DNA from: a virus
Taxonomy: Duplodnaviria; Caudoviricetes
IMG/VR virus record: IMGVR_UViG_3300021431_000107
Location: 1 to 64,000 of that record
Length of the DNA: 64,000 nt
Reading direction: 5' to 3' (one strand)
Shown here in pieces: positions 1 to 9,100 of this stretch; the first letter of the stretch is position 1; every line of letters starts with the position of its first letter. The notes below the pieces were generated by a model, which ran no database searches, had not been told where the DNA came from, and saw nothing but the letters and a program-made list of their open reading frames with translations. A program made the translations under genes and the position numbers.

Positions 1-46
1 ATGGTAGGAGGGGGTAGTTGTAAAAAAGACCCCCCCCATAGCCCTT
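1..46. other. C8 tract (30-37) with complementary G-run; possible terminus/packaging-region signal
   Basis: ggagggggtag...gacccccccc just past the last gene of the RNAP operon; role is inference only, and the window edge truncates the context. Confidence 0.2.
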
Positions 47-304
47 TTAGCCCTCTACCTTGATGTATTTAACCTTGTTTTCTGTGAGAATTCCAATAAT
101 ATTGTACTTAATGATCTCATCAATGGCTTCATTTATTAATTGGTCGTTAAGTTCATCACTAAAATCATCACTAGTTAAAGCAATTCTTGCTAAATACGAA
201 CAAGTGAAGTAACCTTTCTCTTTCTCATCGAATTCTTGCCATTGTTCGAAGTGAGTTAAAGGATTGTAAGGATTGTCAGAAGTTGACAGCATAATTTCTT
301 TCAT
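47..304 (-). CDS. Small phage protein translationally coupled to the RNAP gene
   Basis: GGAGG SD overlapping the RNAP stop; LSTSDNPYNPLTHFEQW...GYFTCSYLARIA. Confidence 0.7.
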   Translation of the reverse strand: MKEIMLSTSDNPYNPLTHFEQWQEFDEKEKGYFTCSYLARIALTSDDFSDELNDQLINEAIDEIIKYNIIGILTENKVKYIKVEG

Positions 305-309
305 TGATA

Positions 310-3300
310 TCAACCTCCATTTACAATTTTACTAACAGCAGAAGCAGAGAGACCAAACTGAGCAGCAATGTCAGCCTGAGTAACACCGTTTTGTTTGGCA
401 AGGGCTCTAATTGATGCGGCTACCGCGCTACTAATTTCATTCGCTTGTCTTGGCGTTGCACGTTTCTTAAGTTCATCAGCATCTGTATTCTCAAGAATCT
501 TCTTTAACTTCGAATCAGATATAGCACGAGCTTGAATAGCTTCCCATTCACGATCAGTTATCTCTATACGCTTCTTACTTGCTCCTACAAGTTCTCGTGC
601 TGCTCGAAGACACTGGCCTCTATATTTCTTCTTCTTGTCCGCATCTTCCTTGATTTCAGGATTAGACTCCAGTATGGACCTGAATCTAGCAGTACCGATA
701 GCTTGAGCCTGTCTTTCACGGGGAGAGTTCTTAAGAGCAATAGCAAGATCGGCATCGAGCTGCTTAACTTCTTCAGCATACTCCCGTGCCGCCTGTGGGT
801 CCCTCTTAAGCTTTGGCGTGTTAACCATTTCTCTTCTTGCTTCGTTTGCAAGAGCTTTCATATCGTTTGCATAGTTTGCATATACCACTTCGACTGGATG
901 AGGATTGGACTTAGAAGACATAAGGTTCCTAGCGTCAGTCTCGTATTTCATACGGGGGGCTTTCTCTTTAACTTCTACCTCTATCCGTCTGTTGGGGTCT
1001 GCCTGGGTTGGAGACTTCTTCATATAGGTCTCCTTCTCTTGCTTCCATATCCTCTCTCCAGTACGGGGGTCTATTCCATAGTAAGACTTACCATTAGGGT
1101 CGTCTTTCGTAGTCTCCTTCCCATCTGCCGTAAGATAGATGGTCCCCGGTTTCCTTGGAGTATCATAGCTAGGATTCTTAGCCTTAGTCATGATCGTCTG
1201 AGCCCCTCCACCAGACTGATACTTGGCTTTAAGTTCGGCAATCCTGTTATCCTTATAACACTGCTTATAGTCCAGATAGTGTTTATTAGCATCGATAACC
1301 ACCATGGCATACTTAACGGCCCTCGTCATCTCATCTTCCGTGAGATTTAGACCCCCCTCTCCGGATCCAAGGGCAGTCATATCTGCAATGAGATTAGTAA
1401 TCCTCCCCATCTCCATACCCTTATTCTTAGCCGTCATATATCGCTTATCAATAATCTTCCCATTAGCGTCATGCTTAAGCGACTCGGGTGCTCCGGGTAT
1501 TTTATATGACTTACTATCAAATCCAATAAGCCCCTCCAGTCTTGGTTTGTTTTTGATTCCAGAAGTTTTAACAGGAATGGCAACAACAGTGTCTCCGTCA
1601 AAGTCGGCACCTGATAAGGTCTCTGCTGTATAAGCATCAATGCCAATAGCATCAGGCGCATTCCTCATGAACGACTTGGCTTCAGCGTTATTCTTGTTAT
1701 TTCTAACGATAGGAATCTCGAACTTACCTTCATGCGGATACCTAATAAGCGCAAGGGTCTCTCCGTGCTCATAGTTGGGGGCATAACATTCATGAACCCC
1801 ATCAGAACCGATTTTGAGCGTAGTAAGAGGCATGATTACATGGGCCATCTGATTGTTGAACGCTTTTGCCTTTAGATGAATAGCAGATGCATCACAATCG
1901 TCGGCGAATGATTCAAGAAGCTGCCTCTTAAGAGTCGGATTAGTAAGGTTTTTGAGCTCGTTGTACTCTTCAAGCTTCTCTTTATAAGTGAGGTCAAGCT
2001 GTTTCTTTACGATCGGAACGTTCTGTTTTGCAAGAACCTGAGATGAAATGGTTTTCTTCCATTCAAGCCAGTCTCCCTGGTCATTGACTTTATTAATCAC
2101 CCTAAGTTGATCAGTCTTGTTTCCATTTTGATCAAGACAGAAAGACTGTCCACCAGCATCAAGCGGTTTGATTGTCGCTCCAAATGGATTATCGGCTATA
2201 ATATTGCCATTGATATCCCGTTCCATCTTTTTGAACACATCGTATTTGTCAGTTCCGACCTTCTTATTAGTGTTATAGACGACATCATAACCCTCTGGAA
2301 TGTCATCTGAATAATGGGCCATCCCTTTCATATAATGTGTTCCGTCTACAGCAATTCGAACCTGTGAATACATGGATCTTCCAAGCGAAATATCCTCAAC
2401 ACCTCGTCTAAGCTCAATAGTTCCGTCTTTCTCAGCTCCACCTGAGCCATCAGGATTCGTGTAATTGATGTAAACCCTTTTTGAGTCAATAGATTTCGGA
2501 GGAAGCATTCTCTGAATCTCGAGCCCATCGCCCTCAACATACGAAGTAAGCGGCTTAATAAGAGACGGATCATCTTTTAGCCGTTTCCAGTCGCCTTTTG
2601 CATCGTCGGTAGGTTCTCCAACAGTCGTTATAGTCGTATACTTACCAGGATTTCCAAGCTGCTCGACCTGAATATAATACTGTTTATACCCTTCCGCTTT
2701 TAGCATCTCAATTGCAGTTTTCATTCGCTCTCTTGAAATGTTCTTTTCAAGTTCTGCGCCCGGACCAACGTCAATGAAGTGCTTCGTTTTGAGCTCTTCC
2801 TTGATCATCTCGGCAACATTACGAGTTTTATCATATTTGATCTGCTTATCGTTTTTGAGATAGTTACGAACAGTACCTTCAGAGATGTCAAGTTGCTTAG
2901 CAATCTCAGTATTATTCATGGTCTTATGCATCTCAGGAATTTTGTTTGCATAGTAAACTTGTCTACGCTCTTTTTCCATCGATACGTGAGCTCTTAATTC
3001 AGCTGTCGACTTAAAACCAAGTTCTTTTGCAATTTCTGTTTCAGTAAGTCCATGAGCTTTTAACTCTTTTCTTGTTTTATCCAGCGGAATGTTTTCTCTT
3101 AACTCAGCAACCGATTTATATCCCAAAGCTTCTGCTATCTGTTGTTCAGTAAAACCCTTGGCCTTTAGTTCTCGTCTTCTTGCAACGTAACCAATAAGAT
3201 GCTGTCCAGGATTTTCACCAGAGCCCCATGCAAATCTTCCGGATCCAGGACCAGGAGGATCATCATCATGTCCAACACCATGATGAGCAAGATAATCGTC

Positions 3301-3396
3301 AAACGCTAACTCATTAAGGCTCTCAATCTCTTCTTTTGAAAGTTCGTTTAAGAATACGATCTCATCTAAATCTTTCTCGTAATCTGAAGAAGGCAT
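310..3396 (-). CDS. Single-subunit two-barrel RNA polymerase (YonO / cellular-RdRP-like) with N- and C-terminal HTH units
   Basis: LSGADFDGDTV catalytic loop preceded by LIRYPH (RxP); HTH-like units KGFTEQQIAEALG, HGLTETEIAKELG, MNNTEIAKQLDISEGTVRNY, GVTQADIAAQFGLSASAVSKI. Confidence 0.85.
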   Translation of the reverse strand: MPSSDYEKDLDEIVFLNELSKEEIESLNELAFDDYLAHHGVGHDDDPPGPGSGRFAWGSGENPGQHLIGYVARRRELKAKGFTEQQIAEALGYKSVAELRENIPLDKTRKELKAHGLTETEIAKELGFKSTAELRAHVSMEKERRQVYYANKIPEMHKTMNNTEIAKQLDISEGTVRNYLKNDKQIKYDKTRNVAEMIKEELKTKHFIDVGPGAELEKNISRERMKTAIEMLKAEGYKQYYIQVEQLGNPGKYTTITTVGEPTDDAKGDWKRLKDDPSLIKPLTSYVEGDGLEIQRMLPPKSIDSKRVYINYTNPDGSGGAEKDGTIELRRGVEDISLGRSMYSQVRIAVDGTHYMKGMAHYSDDIPEGYDVVYNTNKKVGTDKYDVFKKMERDINGNIIADNPFGATIKPLDAGGQSFCLDQNGNKTDQLRVINKVNDQGDWLEWKKTISSQVLAKQNVPIVKKQLDLTYKEKLEEYNELKNLTNPTLKRQLLESFADDCDASAIHLKAKAFNNQMAHVIMPLTTLKIGSDGVHECYAPNYEHGETLALIRYPHEGKFEIPIVRNNKNNAEAKSFMRNAPDAIGIDAYTAETLSGADFDGDTVVAIPVKTSGIKNKPRLEGLIGFDSKSYKIPGAPESLKHDANGKIIDKRYMTAKNKGMEMGRITNLIADMTALGSGEGGLNLTEDEMTRAVKYAMVVIDANKHYLDYKQCYKDNRIAELKAKYQSGGGAQTIMTKAKNPSYDTPRKPGTIYLTADGKETTKDDPNGKSYYGIDPRTGERIWKQEKETYMKKSPTQADPNRRIEVEVKEKAPRMKYETDARNLMSSKSNPHPVEVVYANYANDMKALANEARREMVNTPKLKRDPQAAREYAEEVKQLDADLAIALKNSPRERQAQAIGTARFRSILESNPEIKEDADKKKKYRGQCLRAARELVGASKKRIEITDREWEAIQARAISDSKLKKILENTDADELKKRATPRQANEISSAVAASIRALAKQNGVTQADIAAQFGLSASAVSKIVNGG

Positions 3397-3401
3397 AACT
3401 T

Positions 3402-4031
3402 TTATCTCCCTTCAAAGTCGGATAATACAGAATTGAATTCAACAATTTGATCAATGATTGGAAACAAGATTTCACTATCCGGTTCAGCAAGCATAATCTC
3501 GCCATCTTGATAAATTCTGAATTCAAGCTTTTCGATCTGCGACGGTTTGACTTTGTAATCAAGACAAAAGAATGCCGCATAGTTTTCGAGCTGCATAAAA
3601 GAAGCCGGCATTAAACCGGTCTTTAAATCTGAGATTCTAAGAACATTGTCTCGCCAAGAGATGGCATCGGCTGTTCCATAGAAATCGTCAGAATAATAAA
3701 GTGTCACTTCTGGATCCATTCGAAACCCAATTACATCATTCACATAATTCATAAGGTTTGGGAAAAGTCTTTCGATATCAACGGCAGACGGCGGAAATCC
3801 GTTCTCAACAATCAGGTATCTGAGGACTCCTCTCTTATCACCTTTCTGAATCTTGAAATGATACTTAATATTTTGAGCAGCGTATTCATGAAGCTTGGTT
3901 CCGATTGCTGAAGCATAGCTGCTCTCTTTACTCTGAATCAATTTTTCAATGTCATAGTTTCGCCAAGCATACTTACTGGCTCCACAAAATGCATGAGTGT
4001 TTTTAAGTCTCGAATAGTCTTTCCAAATCAT
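3402..4031 (-). CDS. PD-(D/E)XK exonuclease (RecB/Cas4-like fold)
   Basis: GTKLHEY, GTADAI, ISDLKTG, QLENY motifs. Confidence 0.75.
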   Translation of the reverse strand: MIWKDYSRLKNTHAFCGASKYAWRNYDIEKLIQSKESSYASAIGTKLHEYAAQNIKYHFKIQKGDKRGVLRYLIVENGFPPSAVDIERLFPNLMNYVNDVIGFRMDPEVTLYYSDDFYGTADAISWRDNVLRISDLKTGLMPASFMQLENYAAFFCLDYKVKPSQIEKLEFRIYQDGEIMLAEPDSEILFPIIDQIVEFNSVLSDFEGR

Positions 4032-4293
4032 TGATTACATCCTCCTTGTTTTCAGGGAAAATAAAAGAAGCATATGACATTTCGTTCATATGCTCCACTC
4101 TGTAATCTTGATTGGGCCGATGCGAAGCGCTCGCATTCTTCTTGACCTCAAGTGCCGCCCACTTATCTTTGTAAAGAATAAGCAGGTCTGGCGCACCCTG
4201 CATTTGTCTTGGATCGGTTTTCCAAACGATTGAACCAGGAAACCTTTCTTTCAACTCTTTTTTCAGTTTCTTCTGGAATTCGCTCTCAACCAT
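4003..4293 (-). CDS. VRR-NUC / Holliday-junction resolvase-like nuclease
   Basis: ESEFQKKL...GAPDLLIL...ALEVK; GGAGGTGA SD before ATG at 4293. Confidence 0.8.
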   Translation of the reverse strand: MVESEFQKKLKKELKERFPGSIVWKTDPRQMQGAPDLLILYKDKWAALEVKKNASASHRPNQDYRVEHMNEMSYASFIFPENKEDVINDLERLFET

Positions 4294-4314
4294 TTTGATC
4301 ACCTCCCAAGGCAA

Positions 4315-4350
4315 AGAAATAAAGAAAGATGGGCGTACTCTAGCCCTCTC
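4315..4350 (-). terminator. Intrinsic terminator-like hairpin after the helicase gene
   Basis: GGGC-UAGAGUAC-GCCC (4331-4346) followed by AUCUUUCUUUAUUUCUUU on the minus strand. Confidence 0.55.
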
Positions 4351-4374
4351 CCTCTATTATACGCATTGTAATTT

Positions 4375-5649
4375 TTACGAATTTTGAACACTTGCAAAGG
4401 CCCTTTCATTGAAGTTCTTCTTGTCTCTTAGAGCTCTAGCTATCGCTTGATCTATTGGAGCTGCTGACTTAAGATGAAAATAAAAAAGAGAATCGTAAGG
4501 TGTGTTCATCCTATCGATTCTCCCAGCCGCCTGAATAGTCATGCGATAACTATAGCTCTGTGAATAGAATATAATTGTATCTGTTGTGATGCAGTTCCAT
4601 CCTTCACAACCTGCAGCGTACTGAACACAGTAAACCCAAGCGTCTCCTTCTGGAAGAGGCTCATGCTTCTGTCCATTCCACTCGGCGATTTTGAGCGGTT
4701 CCTCTTTTCTTCCATCGGAGTCGATAGTAAGAAGCTTCAAGTTTCCAATTCGCTCTTTAATTAGATCAAGCTCATAAGTGTAATTGTAAAATATAATTAC
4801 TTTCTTCTGCGCTGTTACAATTCTCTCGACTGCATCGAGTCTACTTGGATCTGAGTTAACAACCTTCCTAAGAAGATAACAAAGCTTACCGGTTTCTTCA
4901 ATTGGCACATTGTCGTATGGATCCCATCTGTCTCTAAAAATTGTTCTGTACAGTATCTTGTCATACTGTATTTCACAGTTTTTATGAAACTGTTCTGCCT
5001 TCTTCTTGTACTTCATTCGAATAAGAATATCACGGCGATGATTCATAAGTTTCCCGGTATTTATGTATCTATCAATTTTCGGATAGTTTGTGTATGGGCT
5101 AAAGATACAATGCTGAGAATTAAAGTCAGATTTATTTCTATAAAACCCGTTTGCAATAAACACAGGAATGTAGTCACTCCATGTATCACCTGGAGTTGCG
5201 GAAAGCAGGATCCACTGATTCTTCCTAGTGATTTTGAGAAACGCTTTCGTCCAAGCACCGTAACCACTAACTCGCTGCTCATCAAATATGAAGAAAGCAC
5301 CATAGACATTCACATACTTCTTTATATTGTTCCATGAGTCAACAGTTACTTTTATGTTACAGATACTTTTATTTTGATCTTCACAAATCATGAACGGGAT
5401 GCATTCCTTAAGCCACTCTTTATCGTCTCGCTTCTTTGCGGTTGTTATGATGTAAAGATCCCGAGGAGCTGTTGGCGCTCCCCAAGATCCTTCGGAATTA
5501 ATTTCCATTTTCCCATCACAGACTTTCAAGTAATAGTAAGCAAGAGCAGTCCTAGATTTACCGGTGCCAACATCACCACAAAGAATTGCCCCATTCTTAA
5601 GTTTCTCAATTGCCTTAAGCTGATGAGAATATAGATCCATTTTAATCAC
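4375..5649 (-). CDS. SF2 (SNF2/DEAD-like) helicase
   Basis: GDVGTGKS Walker A, FIFDEQ Walker B, LLSATP, QAAGRIDR motif VI. Confidence 0.85.
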   Translation of the reverse strand: MIKMDLYSHQLKAIEKLKNGAILCGDVGTGKSRTALAYYYLKVCDGKMEINSEGSWGAPTAPRDLYIITTAKKRDDKEWLKECIPFMICEDQNKSICNIKVTVDSWNNIKKYVNVYGAFFIFDEQRVSGYGAWTKAFLKITRKNQWILLSATPGDTWSDYIPVFIANGFYRNKSDFNSQHCIFSPYTNYPKIDRYINTGKLMNHRRDILIRMKYKKKAEQFHKNCEIQYDKILYRTIFRDRWDPYDNVPIEETGKLCYLLRKVVNSDPSRLDAVERIVTAQKKVIIFYNYTYELDLIKERIGNLKLLTIDSDGRKEEPLKIAEWNGQKHEPLPEGDAWVYCVQYAAGCEGWNCITTDTIIFYSQSYSYRMTIQAAGRIDRMNTPYDSLFYFHLKSAAPIDQAIARALRDKKNFNERAFASVQNS

Positions 5650-6146
5650 CCTTCAAAAATGTTTTTATACTTATCTCTGATCGGATTTCCTCTAAACTGA
5701 TTCTCGGCTCTGATTTCGTCCTGCTCTTCCTGGCTCATAAGATGAGCAATCAGAGTGTCAAGATAGACAGTGACACCAGATCTCCCCATTCTTTCATAAG
5801 TAGATCCATGCACATGAATCTCAGCACCTTTGATCCAGGCGCTATCGAGATTTTGAACAGTAGCCTCGGTAAGAACAACTGCGTTTCCGTCAGGTGTAAT
5901 CATCGCGATATCCGGAGAGCCAAATCTATAGCTTACCTTAACATTCATGTACATCCTCGGACCTTCGTCCTCGTTTCTCGGTTCCTGTCTCCAAATAGAG
6001 ACTCCATCGTTGATCAGTTTCTGAGCAAGATCATGATCCTCAATCTCGATAGCGAACTGCCTGTTATCAGGACCGAACTTGCTACCTGCGAAATCTCTAG
6101 AAACCAGTCTTACATCTGCAAAATCCATATCAAATACTCGTGCCAT
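5646..6146 (-). CDS. Putative single-stranded DNA-binding protein
   Basis: Sits between helicase and polymerase; beta-rich with RDFAG...RQFAIEI and VTVYLDTL pattern typical of phage SSBs. Confidence 0.5.
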   Translation of the reverse strand: MARVFDMDFADVRLVSRDFAGSKFGPDNRQFAIEIEDHDLAQKLINDGVSIWRQEPRNEDEGPRMYMNVKVSYRFGSPDIAMITPDGNAVVLTEATVQNLDSAWIKGAEIHVHGSTYERMGRSGVTVYLDTLIAHLMSQEEQDEIRAENQFRGNPIRDKYKNIFEG

Positions 6147-6166
6147 AATAATTTTCTCCTTTCGTC

Positions 6167-9100
6167 TTATAAAAATGGTACTTCTTCATCATCTGTTTCT
6201 GGAATGTTCATAAATGACATGTCAACATACTTTCCTTCAGCAGTAAACGCTTCCAAGTCTCCGTATTTTGAGATCTTCTCGACAGCCTTATCAACAAGTT
6301 TCGTATAATAACTTCTGTCTATATCATCTTCTTTATGAAGACTCAGCACCGTATCAGACTCAAGCCACCTAAAGCCTTTAGAAGATTCAGCTGAAGCATA
6401 TCCGCCTTTGCCGTCATCACGATATAATATTCCACCACCGCATCCTTCTTTTATTGGTGTGAACTTGCCTGTCTTACCAATGAACACATAATCATGTTCT
6501 CCTTCTGGTAAATTCTCGTTCATATCCAAATAGAATGCAGTAGAAGTATTTTTAGTTTCGCACATGTCATCGAATTCAATCGGTTCATGCGAGAACAGTG
6601 TTTTGAACACATACGGAACCTGGAACTGCTTTCCTGTTGCGTCCCATTTTCCAGCCATGTCCTCATTTACGTCTTCATCCGTATACTTACACACATAGAC
6701 AGCATCATTTACAAGGCATATCCTATCGAACCTATGCTCAACCTCAAACGTATATCCAAACTTCTTACCGTATTCATAAATGTAATTCCTGATATTGTCG
6801 TCTGGATCTAGGACCTTTATGGAGTCCGTTTTGCAATGGAGTACCTTGTATCCTTGTTCCTTTACGTTTAGCATAAGATCAATCATAAATAGGGCACCAC
6901 GCTTGGCAACCCAGTTATCTTTATTCCTTGGATCACGAAGTTTATTTGTAAATTTGGCTGCCGTTAATCCATACACACTATTGATTGCTATTTTTAGTGC
7001 ATACGATAAATCCTTAGCATCCTTATCGCTGTTCAAGTATTTTGAGAGCGCCGGATACTGTTCACGAATCTTATCGTATTCCTTATGCTTTATCATAAGT
7101 CTAAGATCAAGAAGCCTATTGAAATTCGGAGTAAACTTACCAAATCCGTTCTTAGCCTTTATAGTACTTGGATGATGTGATGCACTATCATCAGATTCTG
7201 AAAGTCCATACATGCCTTCTTCTGCATAAACGAATCCGCCTTCTCCTGGATCATAGCCTCTGTAAATGGATTTGCCAGAAATGATGACGTCTTTAGAAAC
7301 GTATCTTTCTGGATCAATACCATTTTGATCATACTCGTATCCTGGAAACTCTTCAGAAAGATCTGGATACACAAAATACTTCTGTGGATCTTTCTCATCT
7401 CCAACAATCAGTCTGGTTGTAAGATCATTCGTGCTGTCATTAAGATTACTGCCAGGACCGACCAACATATTGTTCAGATCAACCAGAATATTTCTAGCTT
7501 TCCATGCTGCCTGACCTGCCTCACACTCAAACACTGCTTCGGTTGCAAGTACATCATTCTCGCAATAAGAAGCAAGTGCAGGCCATTCACTTTCGTCAAT
7601 CGGTTCATCCCAAGGACGATTGAATTCTTGATGAGGGATTTTGAGCCGAATTTCCCACTTCTTAAGGCCTATCTTTTCTGGCATGAAATCAAGGATATCG
7701 GAATACGATAAGTTCTTTGCTTCACGATATTTGGCTTTGCTATTCTTATCATTAATGATCGCCTTTGAAATCAAGAATACTTCGTATGGTGTCTTACCAA
7801 GCCAAATGGCATAAGCAATATGGTTATCATACCCTTTGTTATTGAATCCAATGATCTTCTTCTTTGAATGCCCATCAAGGCCAAAGAACTCGGCAATATA
7901 CTGAGGTGTCGGATTAAACACCTTCATTACCTTGTTCTCTTTTCCTCTATACTTCCAGCACAGAAGATTCATGTTTGGCTTAACTTCGAAGTCAAAGAAT
8001 ATAATTGGATCGTCAGGATTGTAACCATCGTCATATGACCCTTCTTCAATAGAAGCCATCTTCATTTCAGCTATCTTAGCTACAAGTTTATCATTTTGAT
8101 CCTTTGTAGCCTCAATAGTGTAAATGAGGATTGTCTGCTTCATATCAGAAAGGTCATAAATAAGCCCTGCATCATAAGCCTTCTTAAAGATGTCAAAGAG
8201 CTCGGCAACTCTTTCAGGACACGGTGGCTGGTCAAGTACTTTCTGAATATAATACCTAACAGCACTCTCATCTTCTACAGCTTTCCCATCTATCAATAGC
8301 TTTCCTCCTTTCAATGAAACCTTCTCGATAGACTTAGACTTGAACTTCATAAATCCGAATTTCTTCTTGCAATACTCCGACTGATGAGTTGATTTTGAAC
8401 AGAAGTCCTCCACTTCTTCTTTCATATCACTTAGATCATAAATAAGACCGGATTCATAAGCTCTTTCAAGAACCTCATAAATCCAGTCTACATTTGATCT
8501 TGTATCAGCATGTATCTCTTTTGCAAGGCATCGTTTTATGGTAGTTCTAAGACCGTTAACAGTTATTGGAACATTATCAACGACCGGCTTCTTCTCTTTT
8601 AGTGGCAATCCTGTTGAAATATGATTAACAGGAATGCTATTGCACCGAGTCAAAATCCTTCTGTGAGAGTTATTCCCTGTAGACACCTTAACTTCAATGT
8701 TCTCGTCGTAAATCCGTGACAGTTCATTCGGATCTCCATCGTAAATATAATAGAGGTGAATGCCACAACCAGACTTTGATATTTCGGCATAAGTCTTTGG
8801 AAACTTATTAGCTGCTTTAAGATTGAGTTCAAGGCTCTTGTTGCCTTCTGCATCTTTTAAATCAAAGTCGATTTTGATCACGTCTTCCGGAAGCTTGAAC
8901 CAATGAAGTTCTCTGCAGTCTACGTCACATAGTCTCGTCCTGCATTCATCCCAGCTGCAACATGGTCCTCCTTTCTTCGTCGCTTGCTGCGCAGGTGTGT
9001 TTGGATATAATAAGTTAAGTTGTGATACATCTGAATCCAAAGACTCTTCAGTAAGCCAATTACCGGTTGCTTCTGATTCATACTTACTAAACGGATTATC

